A stretch of 62,598 nt of DNA, filler included, from a bacterium (GTDB lineage Bacteria; UBP15; UBA6099; JAJRTR01): assembly GCA_024278215.1 (NCBI GenBank). It is 7 parts of 7 records of this genome, joined end to end, with 100 filler letters (N's around TTAATTAATTAA, not from the genome) between each part and the next. Parts side by side here need not be neighbours in the genome. Positions count along the whole stretch, not along the records: positions 1 to 4,127 come from JAJRTR010000062.1; positions 4,228 to 14,842 come from JAJRTR010000063.1; 5 more parts are not named here. One strand, written 5' to 3'. Below are positions 1-9,643 of the stretch, in pieces. How positions within the stretch are numbered: position 1 is the stretch's first letter; every line of letters begins with the position of its first letter. The position numbers and the translations under genes were made by a program. The notes beneath the pieces are model-generated. The model was not told where the DNA came from and did not search any database. It saw only the letters and a list, made by a program, of their open reading frames with translations.

Positions 1-1
1 C

Positions 2-1198
2 TACCGTCGCGATTTCGAGACAGAAGCTCTGATGCCGTCGTTTATCGCATCCGTCATCGGTTACAGCATTTTCGGATACTGGAACGGTTGGGCGCCGGTG
101 TTCGGCAATGTTGACGTCCAACCCTTTTTCAGAATCCCGGAACTTTCCTCATATATGCTGCTTGGTGTTGTGTGCGGAGTGATCGGCGCGCTTTATGGAC
201 GCAGTTTCTACAGAATCCGCGATTACTTCAAAGCGCTGAAAATCCCCGATTGGAGCAAACCGGCCATAGGCGGTTTTTTAGTGGGTTTAATGGGTATGTT
301 CCTCCCGCAGGTTCTTGGGATGGGCTATGGATGGATTCAACTTGCCATTCAGGGTAATTTCACATCACTTCCTCTCGGAATAATGATTGCCTTGCTGTTC
401 GGCAAAATCCTGGCTACGGGGTTGTCTATCGGCTCCGGTGGCAGCGGCGGTGTTTTCGCGCCCGGATTGGTTATCGGCGGAATGGTAGGCGCGGTATTGT
501 GGTCTTTACTGCACACCTTTACAGTCATCACCCCGGTTTCGCCCGCGAGTTTTGTCATCGTCGGCATGCTGGCGCTTTTCGGCGGTATTGCCAAAGCGCC
601 ACTCGCCGTTATTCTCATGGTGTCCGAAATGACCTCCGGCTACGCGCTTCTGGTTCCAAGTATGCTTGCCTGTACCGTTGCATATCTGGTGACCGGAAAT
701 AGTTATATATACGAGTTCCAGGTGGCAAACCGCTCGAAATCTCCGGCCCACCGGCGTGAACATTCCATCCCACTGCTGAAAATTCTCAAAGTTAAAGATG
801 CTATGGTTAAAAGAATAGTTTCCGTTATGCCTGAAACGACCGTTTCGGAAGTCTCGGAAATCCTTAAAGAAAAGAAGATGGATTCTGTACTGGTGCAGGA
901 AAACGGGGAACTGGTCGGGATCGTCACTACTGTGGACGTTGTGGCGGTGAGTCCCTCCCTGCGAGATAAAACATTATCGCGCGACATCATGAGTAAGGAC
1001 CTGGTTGTCACTTATCAGGATGCCTCACTGTTTCAGGTCATGAAACTGATCGAGAAAAATGAAATCCATCATATTCCGGTAGTGGACAGGTCCAACCCAA
1101 AACACGTTATCGGCATTATTACGATGATTGACATATTGCGCCTGCATAGCCTCGAGGTGGAAAACAGCGTCCGAACCGCACTGGTGAAAGAACTGTAA
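2..1198 (+). CDS. ClC-family chloride channel/antiporter with C-terminal CBS pair (5' truncated at window edge)
   Basis: GSGGSGGVFAP and GMGYG ClC motifs, multiple TM helices, two CBS repeats; frame is open back to base 2. Confidence 0.9.
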   Translation, partial: YRRDFETEALMPSFIASVIGYSIFGYWNGWAPVFGNVDVQPFFRIPELSSYMLLGVVCGVIGALYGRSFYRIRDYFKALKIPDWSKPAIGGFLVGLMGMFLPQVLGMGYGWIQLAIQGNFTSLPLGIMIALLFGKILATGLSIGSGGSGGVFAPGLVIGGMVGAVLWSLLHTFTVITPVSPASFVIVGMLALFGGIAKAPLAVILMVSEMTSGYALLVPSMLACTVAYLVTGNSYIYEFQVANRSKSPAHRREHSIPLLKILKVKDAMVKRIVSVMPETTVSEVSEILKEKKMDSVLVQENGELVGIVTTVDVVAVSPSLRDKTLSRDIMSKDLVVTYQDASLFQVMKLIEKNEIHHIPVVDRSNPKHVIGIITMIDILRLHSLEVENSVRTALVKEL

Positions 1199-1372
1199 AA
1201 TCAGGTGCTTGCAGCTTAAGACTGGCCGAATAATACAGGCGGGACGCATGTTCGGCTTTACAACCGAAACGCAGCAGTACGACAGGTCCCCCCCGCCTGT
1301 CGAAATACATCAACCAGGCGGCTTCAACTTCTAAACTGTGTCATTTTCAAGGCCTCGAGAGGCTGGAAAGTT

Positions 1373-3082
1373 ATGATAAAAGACAAACACATCAGAGAAT
1401 GGTATTTACGGAACAAAAAATACCACAAAAGCGAAATAGCGAAAATCTTCAATGTCGAATACGTGCATCTTATCCTGCCCGGGAAGGATGATCTCTATAT
1501 CACGAAATATGGCCTTCCGGTCATTGGGAACCTGAAACCCGAAAACCATTTGACCGACGACAAATGGTTCGACGAGAACTCCGAAAAACTGTCGGGAACA
1601 AGCAGCGTCTATAAAGTCAGGACAAAAGAAGCGAACGGGAAAGCAATTGATATTGTCATTAAATGGAACCGAATGGGACAGGACATTCCGGGCGGATACG
1701 AGAGCAACGGCTTGATGTATGCGCAATTCAACAGCCCATTCGAGGAATTCTCGCTCGTTATGGAACTGGGTGACGAATTTTACAAGTACCCTGAAGAGTT
1801 GTTTGTGCAAAAGCCTCTCGCCATATTCGTTCCTTCGGAAACATCGGAATTGTGGCGGCTTGGAAGAAAAGAATACATGATGCAATCGCTGATAAGTAAA
1901 CATGAAGAAATCAAGCTGGATATGCACCGCTCGTATGCCGTGATTTATGAGTGGATAGAAGGAATGGACCTTGTGCAGGCCTATGAAAAAAAGTTAATAG
2001 ACAAAAAGCATATCGAATCGTACACTGTCGAAGCACACGGAAAAATCAAGCATAAAGGGTTCATCGTTCGAGATAACAAACCGCAACATGTGATTTTGAG
2101 AACAGATGAAGAAGGGGAATGGAGGCAGAACAAAAAGAAGAGGATCCCAAATGGGCTGGTAGACTTCGAGTTGCTCGAGCGAACACCCGAAAGAGACGAT
2201 ATTGTCAAAAAAGACAAGCGCGACGAATATCTGAAAAGGCAAAAAGACAGGTTCTCTATAGAGACCCCACGGAAGTACCATCCGCATCTCAAACATACGA
2301 ACATAATGGGCGTCGAATACATTTATGGCCGTGTCGAAAGCACAAAAGGCCGATTGTGGGTTGTGGGCAAAGACCCGTGGCTGTTTGATTATTTCCTGCC
2401 GGAGCGATGGCAGCAGACTCCCAGAACCAAAATTTCGGCACACAGGGATTTCTATTATACCGTGACTAAAGACAATATCCATCTTGTCTGGAAAGTCTCG
2501 AAAGTCGGCCTGCAGCCGGACCTCGACCCTTTTAAAAACGACGAAAGAAAAATCCTGGAACACGGCTATAACAGCCCATTCGAGGAATTCTCGCTGGCGG
2601 TAAAAATCGGCAAAAAGGGGATACCGACTATTTATCCAAGAGCAATATATATGAGCGGAAACAAAACACAGATACCCAAAAATCTGTTCGATAAAAGCAG
2701 ATACGAAACCCACAAAAACTTCAAAACACCGGACAGAACTCAAATTCTGAACAGGAATCATGATTACATATTGATCTGGGGATACTGGAACGGCCCTGAT
2801 GATAAACTGGCCGATAAAGACGGCGATTATTATGAAGGAATAGATACTTTGCGTGCTTACCGCGAGGGCATCATTACGCGAGAAGAATATTTTTCCCTTA
2901 TGCGGAGCGCGAAAAGGAAAATGTTGAAAGTCGGCGTCGAAGACCTTTATCTTAAAGGCAGCCACATTTTAATATCTTTAGATAGTGAAGGCTCGCTGGT
3001 GAAAGACCGATATGGAAAACCTGAAATCAGGATTTGTAATTTCGAATATTTAAAAGTAATTGGCGGCAACAAAAAAAGATGA
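1373..3082 (+). CDS. Hypothetical protein with two tandem protein-kinase-like (RIO/Kdo-like) domains
   Basis: Internal duplication with a 280-aa period (NSPFEEFSL twice); first half has VIK, RDNKPQH and DFE motifs. Confidence 0.6.
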   Translation: MIKDKHIREWYLRNKKYHKSEIAKIFNVEYVHLILPGKDDLYITKYGLPVIGNLKPENHLTDDKWFDENSEKLSGTSSVYKVRTKEANGKAIDIVIKWNRMGQDIPGGYESNGLMYAQFNSPFEEFSLVMELGDEFYKYPEELFVQKPLAIFVPSETSELWRLGRKEYMMQSLISKHEEIKLDMHRSYAVIYEWIEGMDLVQAYEKKLIDKKHIESYTVEAHGKIKHKGFIVRDNKPQHVILRTDEEGEWRQNKKKRIPNGLVDFELLERTPERDDIVKKDKRDEYLKRQKDRFSIETPRKYHPHLKHTNIMGVEYIYGRVESTKGRLWVVGKDPWLFDYFLPERWQQTPRTKISAHRDFYYTVTKDNIHLVWKVSKVGLQPDLDPFKNDERKILEHGYNSPFEEFSLAVKIGKKGIPTIYPRAIYMSGNKTQIPKNLFDKSRYETHKNFKTPDRTQILNRNHDYILIWGYWNGPDDKLADKDGDYYEGIDTLRAYREGIITREEYFSLMRSAKRKMLKVGVEDLYLKGSHILISLDSEGSLVKDRYGKPEIRICNFEYLKVIGGNKKR

Positions 3083-3173
3083 CAGCCCCGTTGTTTCCTT
3101 AACCAGCATATTTCACCAATGCGAGTTCAAAATCGGGATGACGCCCATTCTACGGCGTTGCAGCGGTGGAGCT

Positions 3174-4127
3174 TCATTTCACACTGCCGGGGTTGCCATA
3201 GCTTGCCGCTTTTTCGAGCATGCTGCCCCTGTGGGCACCGTAGTAGTGGCGTGTGAAGAACCCGATGCGGAAGTCGGACCCGATGTCCTCGTAGGACAAC
3301 ATGAGTGTGCCGCGCCCTATATCGAACGACATCCCGCAGGTTTCATTTATCGAGTCGTTTCCGATGAGGTCGTAGTTGTATGACGCGAATGCCCTGAAAC
3401 CGCCGTTTCGGCGTAGCACCAGGTCGGCCTCGAGCATCGTCCATTCCTCGACAGTGTCTTTGAAATCGTATGTATAAGAGAAAAGCAGGTAATCCTGATG
3501 GTTCCAGGTGAAAGACAGGCCGGGCGAGAGCGTCGAAGTGGTGCCGCCGGGGCTGTAGCCGCTTCTTTCGGCATATTCGTGCCTGAAGTCGAGGACGGCG
3601 CTGTTGCTGAGCGGGATGAGCAGCCGGGTGTCGGCTGCCAGTTCGCTGTTCCACTCGTGACATCTTGCATCGGTGTTGGTTATCGTCGTGCCGGAAGTTT
3701 TTATTTCTGTGTATTTATTATCATTATAAAACGCGCTGTATTTGACATCCTGCACGATGTATGCACGGTTTGTAATGTGCAGAACACTGCTGAGCAGGGT
3801 CGGCGTAATGGTGAGAGTGTTTGTCTTGCCGCTGTAATCTACAGTTTCATCAAGGACCGAGAGATAGTCTTCCCTGTCATCCGTGGCGCGTGCAACAGAA
3901 GCTTCCAGAGCGAAACTGTAGCCTTTCAGGAAAGTCGGTATCGGACGCAGCGTGAAGTCCATAGAGGCTGTTTTTCCCCTTTCGGCGTCCCGCATTCCGT
4001 AAGCCCCCATAACACCGCTTTCAAAATGGTCTTCGTAACCACTGTTACGCCTGTCTGAATACTCGAATGACAGCGCGTAGCCTTCATCCCAGATTTCCGC
4101 GCCGATCCCCGCATTGCGATTCGTATC
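3174..4127 (-). CDS. Putative outer-membrane beta-barrel-like protein (5' truncated)
   Basis: Frame open to the contig edge; many amphipathic, aromatic-ended beta-strand segments. Confidence 0.45.
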   Translation of the reverse strand, partial: DTNRNAGIGAEIWDEGYALSFEYSDRRNSGYEDHFESGVMGAYGMRDAERGKTASMDFTLRPIPTFLKGYSFALEASVARATDDREDYLSVLDETVDYSGKTNTLTITPTLLSSVLHITNRAYIVQDVKYSAFYNDNKYTEIKTSGTTITNTDARCHEWNSELAADTRLLIPLSNSAVLDFRHEYAERSGYSPGGTTSTLSPGLSFTWNHQDYLLFSYTYDFKDTVEEWTMLEADLVLRRNGGFRAFASYNYDLIGNDSINETCGMSFDIGRGTLMLSYEDIGSDFRIGFFTRHYYGAHRGSMLEKAASYGNPGSVK

Positions 4128-4227
4128 NNNNNNNNNNNNNNNNNNNNNNNNNNNNNNNNNNNNNNNNNNNNTTAATTAATTAANNNNNNNNNNNNNNNNN
4201 NNNNNNNNNNNNNNNNNNNNNNNNNNN
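4128..4227. other. Artificial contig linker
   Basis: 100-bp N run with central TTAATTAATTAA. Confidence 0.98.
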
Positions 4228-4831
4228 CGCCGTCCACACCGATTATCACGGGGTTCTGCTCGCGGATATATTGCTGCACTGCGAGCAGGTCCTGCCTGTA
4301 GTCCTGGCCGCGCACGACAACGAGCACCTGCCTGCCCCTGAAGTCGAGTTTCAGCGAGCCTATTTCGAGATTGCTGTAAAGCAAACTCTTTTCTTTTTTT
4401 AAATAATTTAATGTATTATTAGCGAATTTTTCAATCTCGTCCTCGAGTCGTTCCTTCGCCCTCTGATTGCGCACGTTGAGAAGGGGTTGAGTGAGGACCG
4501 TGCCGGAAGCGACCTGCTCGCGCCCGACGAAAATCGCGCCGTCCCGGATAGTTATCCTGTCGCCCTCGGAGACGTACTCGAGCAGGTTGTCGCCCACCTC
4601 GTCGATGAGAGGGATATTCGCGTCGATGAGTAGATATGGGCCGCGGTTGACGTATTTTTCCGAGATCGAGCGGTGGCAGTTGATCACGGCGGCGGGTTTG
4701 CACATAACCAGATTTTCCGCAGCCACCATGTCGAGGTCTTCATGGAGAATGACGGCGATGTCACCAGGTTGAAGTCGTGTTACGAGATTTTTTGTGCGCC
4801 TGTCGATGCGGGCGGTTCCGGAAATGATCAT
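4228..4831 (-). CDS. steA: SteA-like (thiamine pyrophosphokinase-related) septation protein, 3' truncated
   Basis: GTARIDRRTKNLVTRLQPGDIAVILHEDLD N-terminus and VLVVVRG..YRQDL..IIGVDG; lies directly downstream of recN. Confidence 0.8.
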
Positions 4832-6549
4832 GCACCGCTCACCACCCGTCCCGCCTCTTTCAGCAGTTCCTTCGCCATGCTGATGGTGGCGTTTTTCTCG
4901 CCGGCGTCGCCGAGCATGCGGGACAGTTCGCCGAGCTGGTCGTCACCCGCGACGGCGGAAGAGTGGATCACGGTCCTGCCGCTCTGTTTCTTTTTGAATA
5001 CAGTCAGATGCGAATCGCCGAAAGCGGCTATCTGCGGCAGGTGCGTTATGGCGATCACCTGCCTGTGGCGACCGAGCGCGGCCATCTTGCCGCCAACATG
5101 CCAGGCGGTAACTCCGCCGACACCCGAGTCGATCTCGTCGAATATCAGGACCGGCACCGGGTCGTGCCCGCTGAGGATCGACTTGAAAGCGAGCATGACG
5201 CGCGACATCTCCCCGCCACTCGCTACTTCAGCGATAGGATGCAGCGCCTCGCCCGGGTTCGCCGATATGAGGAACTCGAGAGATTCAGCGCCGCGCGGAC
5301 CGGTGCCCCCGTTTTTGCCGCCGGCGGGGTTAAACTTGACTTTGAATTCCGCACCGTCCATAGCGAGTTCGGCCAGTTCGGATTTCATTTGTTTTTCGAG
5401 CTTTGCGCAAACTGCCTTGCGCCCTTTTGTCAACTGCTCCGCCAGACCTTTCAGCACAGTTTTCTTTTCCTTTATTTTGTCGTCCAGTTCGCCGGCGGAC
5501 TGATCAGTATTTTCGATTTCCTCGACACGCGCTTTCGCTTCGCCGCAGAACTCGAGCAGCCTGGCGACAGAGTCGCACCTGTTCTTTTTCATGAGCGACT
5601 TTATCTCCAGAAGCCGGTCCTGGAGGTCACTGAGCCTGCCGGGGTCGGGCTGGAGTTCCGAGGCGGCGGACCTCAGCTCGCGCGCGGCTTCCTCGAGCAT
5701 TGCCTCCGACTCGACTATCGCCGATATCGCCCTCATGATCCGCTCCTCGAGTTCCTCGACATCCCGCAGCTTTTCCGACGCTTCGGCCAGCCTGTTCAGC
5801 GCGGACGTGTCGGACCCCGTGAGAGCGACTTTATGCCAGGCTTCGGAAGCCGACTCGCTGATCTCGGCGGCGTTCTCGAGCAGCTTCACTTCCTCTTCGA
5901 GTTCATAGTATTCCTGCTCGCTTTCGACCGAATCTTCTATCTCTTTTATCCTGAAAAGCAGGAGGTCTTTTTCTTCTTCCCTGCGCTGCATACCCTCGTT
6001 TATCTCGAGGCGGCGCGTGCGGAGTTCCTCGAGTTCCTTATATCTTTCAGCGAATAAGGTAACGTTTTTTTTATGTTTTTCCGTACCCAGCAGGTCCACG
6101 AATTCCGTGTGGTCTTTGCGGCGCAGGAGCGCCTGGTGCCGGTACTGGCCGTGAAGGTCCGCGAGTGCATGGCCGACCTCGCGCAGGAGCGCGGCGGTGA
6201 CGACGCGGGAGTTTATGCGCGCGGTCGAGCGGCCCGAGGCGGATATCTCGCGCGTTATCGTAAGCGTCTCATCCTCTTCGAGCGCGATGCCCGCGGCGGC
6301 GAGATTTTCGCATATAGCGGCGGGCGGCTGCCACTCGAACACACCCTCGAGCACTGCCCTGTCCGCGCCTTCGCGCACAAAAGTCGCCGACGCTTTCCTG
6401 CCCAGCAGTATACTCACGGCGTTTACGATCACGGATTTGCCGGAGCCGGTTTCGCCGGTGATGACATTGAGCCCGCCTCCGAACCTGATCGAGAGGTCCT
6501 CGGCGAGTGCGAAATTCTGTACGTGGAATTCGAGAAGCATATCAGGCAT
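4828..6549 (-). CDS. recN: DNA repair protein RecN
   Basis: GETGSGKS Walker A, coiled coil, ASGGEMSR signature, FDEIDSG, ITHLPQIA. Confidence 0.97.
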   Translation of the reverse strand: MPDMLLEFHVQNFALAEDLSIRFGGGLNVITGETGSGKSVIVNAVSILLGRKASATFVREGADRAVLEGVFEWQPPAAICENLAAAGIALEEDETLTITREISASGRSTARINSRVVTAALLREVGHALADLHGQYRHQALLRRKDHTEFVDLLGTEKHKKNVTLFAERYKELEELRTRRLEINEGMQRREEEKDLLLFRIKEIEDSVESEQEYYELEEEVKLLENAAEISESASEAWHKVALTGSDTSALNRLAEASEKLRDVEELEERIMRAISAIVESEAMLEEAARELRSAASELQPDPGRLSDLQDRLLEIKSLMKKNRCDSVARLLEFCGEAKARVEEIENTDQSAGELDDKIKEKKTVLKGLAEQLTKGRKAVCAKLEKQMKSELAELAMDGAEFKVKFNPAGGKNGGTGPRGAESLEFLISANPGEALHPIAEVASGGEMSRVMLAFKSILSGHDPVPVLIFDEIDSGVGGVTAWHVGGKMAALGRHRQVIAITHLPQIAAFGDSHLTVFKKKQSGRTVIHSSAVAGDDQLGELSRMLGDAGEKNATISMAKELLKEAGRVVSGA

Positions 6550-7379
6550 CACCGCAGATGGAATTTTTCTCTGACTGTTTCGAAGAAATGTGACGGGCGT
6601 ATCCTGATGTAACGCACAGAATGCGCGAAACGGCGTATGACAACCCTGCATTCGGGTGCCAGCGCGTATTCTTCCTGGCCGTCGACTGTCATTATAAGGT
6701 CTTCGCGTTCGGGCGGCAGTTCGATCAGGATTTCATCCGCGCCGTTGGTGACGAGCGACCTCGAGAACAGTGTGTGCGGACAGATGGGACTGATCAGTAT
6801 TATGTCCAGAGTCGGAGAAACGATCGGACCGCCCGCGGAAAGCGAATAGGCGGTCGAGCCTGTCGCGCTCGATACAATTATCCCGTCGCCCAATATCTCG
6901 TTATAATATTCATTGTTGACATAGACCATGAGGCGAAGCATGCGGCTGGATTTTTTCGTCACGACAATATCGTTGACGGCGGTGCATAATCCACCGATGT
7001 CGTTTCCGTCGCAGTCGCGTATTTCGCCCCTCAGCATCGTGCGTTCCTCGATCTGATAGTCGCCCTTGAGGATGGAGTTGAGGGCCATCTTGCAGTCGCG
7101 GAACTTTATTTCCGACAGGAAACCCAGTCCGCCGAAGTCGATGCCGATGATGGGAATCCGCATCTTTGCCGCCGTGCGCGCGCCGCCGATAAGGGTGCCG
7201 TCGCCACCCATAACGATCAGGAAATCCATTTCATCCGGCAGCTCGTTTGTCGTGTGTTCAAGGACTATCGTGCGTATCCCGTGCTCTTCGAGCCAGGCGG
7301 TGATTTCTTCCACCTGCGATTTCGACACTTTCGCCGAATTATGTCTTATGCCCGCGCATTTCACTTTTTTCACCATCAT
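6549..7379 (-). CDS. nadK: NAD kinase
   Basis: GGDGT, GLGFL, ND and TGSTAYSLSAGGP motifs; TGATG coupling to recN. Confidence 0.96.
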   Translation of the reverse strand: MMVKKVKCAGIRHNSAKVSKSQVEEITAWLEEHGIRTIVLEHTTNELPDEMDFLIVMGGDGTLIGGARTAAKMRIPIIGIDFGGLGFLSEIKFRDCKMALNSILKGDYQIEERTMLRGEIRDCDGNDIGGLCTAVNDIVVTKKSSRMLRLMVYVNNEYYNEILGDGIIVSSATGSTAYSLSAGGPIVSPTLDIILISPICPHTLFSRSLVTNGADEILIELPPEREDLIMTVDGQEEYALAPECRVVIRRFAHSVRYIRIRPSHFFETVREKFHLR

Positions 7380-7487
7380 ATATTAGAATATCAGTTCAGG
7401 AATAGTTTAGCACAAAGCAAGCGGACTGGGGAAGTGCGGCGCAACCTGCGCCGGAATAGTTCGTATATGATTTCGGAGATGTTGAAG

Positions 7488-9215
7488 ATGTTGAAAAAAA
7501 TAATTCCGGTATTTGTGATCGCGGCGATAGTGACGACTGTTATTTACGCCGGCGCCGAGAACACGCAATACGGGCCGCCCCACCGGCGAGTCGAGAAAAG
7601 CAACAGACCTCCGATCTCGCCCGCGTGGGTTTTCGACCACTGGGTTTGGGAAGACGACGTGAACACGCAGGAAGCCGTGTGGGAACTTGTCGACGGCTAC
7701 GAGTCGCGCGGCATACCGGTGGGCGCGGTGGTCATCGACAGCCCCTGGGCGACGGAATACAACAACTTCATCTTCAACAGGGAACAGTACCCGAACCCGC
7801 AGGAGATGATCGACAAACTGCACGAACGCGGCATAAAAGTGATCCTGTGGCTCACCAGCGTTTTGAATTCCGAGGGTACGGCCGAACAATACGCGCCGAC
7901 GACATATAACATACATAAAGAAGCACTGGAAAAGGGTTATATGTGTAATAACGGCAAGCCGACCAAATGGTGGAAAGGGCGTGGCGGATTTGTCGATTAC
8001 ACGAACCCCGAGGCGCTCGCGTGGTGGCACAACCTGCAGGACCGCGTCATCGACATGGGCATCGACGGCTGGAAGGTGGACGGCGTCGCCACGCTCTTCC
8101 CGAACGGTGCGCCCTGTGCGGCAGGTCCGGTGACGACACGCGAAATGATGGACTACTATTATATGGACATGCAGGAATATATCACGAGCAGGAACCCGCG
8201 GGCGGTCGCCTGGAGCCGCGCCGTAGACCTCAAACTGGTGCATCCGCGCGGTTTCGCGCCCATCAGCCATTCGCCCGTCAACTGGACAGGCGACGAGCGC
8301 CACAACTGGGGTGACGACGGCTTCGCCGAAGCGCTCAACGATGTGTTCGACTCGGCGCGTCTCGGCTACACTGTCATCGGCACTGACATCGCGGGGTACA
8401 ACGGCGACGAAAAAATCACCAGACAGCTGCTGCTCAGATGGGCCCAGTTCGGCGCGCTCAACCCGCTCATGGAAAACGGCGGCCACGGCGCGCACCAGCC
8501 CTGGCTCCACGACGACGAAACGGTCAACATCTATCGTAAATTCACCCGGCTGCATCTCGAACTGAAACCCTACCTGTATTCTATGATGATCAAAGGCCAC
8601 TACAAAAAAGGCCCGATCATGCACATCGTCGGCGGCAAACGGCAATACCTGCTGGGCGACAATCTTTTCGTCGCGGTGATGTACACACCCGAAAACAGCA
8701 GGGAAATCGTGTTCCCCTCGGGAGTCTGGCACGACTACTGGAACCCGGCGGAGATATACAGGGAGGGCCAGGTGACAGACTACAAATGCCCGCTCGACAA
8801 ATACCCGCTGTTCGCGCGTCGCGGCTCGATCATCCCGCTTCGCGTTGTGGACAGCGAACTGGGCCACGGCGACGAATCGTTCGCAGAAAGCATAACGCTG
8901 GATATCTATCCGGGCGGCAACGCGAAATTCATCCTGTGCCAGGAAGGTGCCGACAGGACGACAATCAACCTGACGATGGACAACGACAGGGAATTCACCG
9001 TCTACGCGAAGAATCCCGCGGCATCTATCATGCTGCGGGCGCTCAGCTTCGAGAAACCCGCAATGATACTGGCCGGGGGCCGCGCGCTCGACGAAACCGC
9101 TTCGCTCGACGGACTCGGCGCAAAGCCCGGCAACTGGTATTACGACCCGGACGATAATCGAGTGTACATCAACCCGGGCACGAACAATAATCTGGACGTT
9201 TCCGTCAAGTATTGA
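7488..9215 (+). CDS. Secreted glycoside hydrolase family 31
   Basis: Signal peptide, VIDSPW, DGWKVDG nucleophile motif, WTGD, GTDIAGY, RWAQFGA. Confidence 0.9.
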   Translation: MLKKIIPVFVIAAIVTTVIYAGAENTQYGPPHRRVEKSNRPPISPAWVFDHWVWEDDVNTQEAVWELVDGYESRGIPVGAVVIDSPWATEYNNFIFNREQYPNPQEMIDKLHERGIKVILWLTSVLNSEGTAEQYAPTTYNIHKEALEKGYMCNNGKPTKWWKGRGGFVDYTNPEALAWWHNLQDRVIDMGIDGWKVDGVATLFPNGAPCAAGPVTTREMMDYYYMDMQEYITSRNPRAVAWSRAVDLKLVHPRGFAPISHSPVNWTGDERHNWGDDGFAEALNDVFDSARLGYTVIGTDIAGYNGDEKITRQLLLRWAQFGALNPLMENGGHGAHQPWLHDDETVNIYRKFTRLHLELKPYLYSMMIKGHYKKGPIMHIVGGKRQYLLGDNLFVAVMYTPENSREIVFPSGVWHDYWNPAEIYREGQVTDYKCPLDKYPLFARRGSIIPLRVVDSELGHGDESFAESITLDIYPGGNAKFILCQEGADRTTINLTMDNDREFTVYAKNPAASIMLRALSFEKPAMILAGGRALDETASLDGLGAKPGNWYYDPDDNRVYINPGTNNNLDVSVKY

Positions 9216-9237
9216 AATAGCTCAAAAAGACAGAATA

Positions 9238-9277
9238 TGAGGCAAAAATGCCTCAAACGTGAGGCAAAAATGCACCA
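9238..9277 (+). promoter_or_regulatory. Tandem palindromic enhancer-binding-protein sites (UAS)
   Basis: TGAGGCAAAAATGCCTCA (9238-9255) and TGAGGCAAAAATGCACCA (9260-9277), 22 bp apart, upstream of a sigma54 promoter. Confidence 0.7.
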
Positions 9278-9367
9278 TGCAAAGAGAAAAAATCGACTAT
9301 TACTGCTCAATATCGGCAAATATTGTGTAAAATAGTTGAAAAATGCGGTTTTTAACCATAAAATAAT

Positions 9368-9383
9368 TGGCACGGATTTTGCA
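9368..9383 (+). promoter_or_regulatory. Sigma54 (-24/-12) promoter of the 1469-aa gene
   Basis: TGGCACG-GATT-TTGCA matches the consensus with correct GG/GC spacing. Confidence 0.85.
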
Positions 9384-9398
9384 AAGAGATATTCAGTT

Positions 9399-9572
9399 GA
9401 GCCAGTTGTAAAATTATGTTCGAAGCGAGGTCGCGCGAAATTGGTCGGAAGCAAGGCGGAGGTGCAAAATCCCCGCAGGCGTACTTGTAGAGTAAGGATG
9501 ATTTTGTGCCGACAACGCAGCTGTTGACAGTTGCAGCCGGCCGTAGCCGAATCAGAATTTTGCAATTGGCTC
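9399..9572 (+). mobile_element. MITE family A (~178 bp, TIR GAGCCAATTGCAAAATT)
   Basis: Terminal inverted repeats; homologous copies at 24531, 30892, 41970, 45781, 49443. Confidence 0.85.
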
Positions 9573-9643
9573 AGTGTAAGGCTCCAGGAGCCTGTGCGGA
9601 AATTGCATAAATACAACTCACAATATAAGGGAGGAAAAGGAAG

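Noticed and set aside
9140-9616. ORFs repeating MILCRQRS, VEDDFVPTTQL or KTTTFLMCEKQG peptides at several loci
   Set aside because: Translations of MITE-A and MITE-B, not genes.
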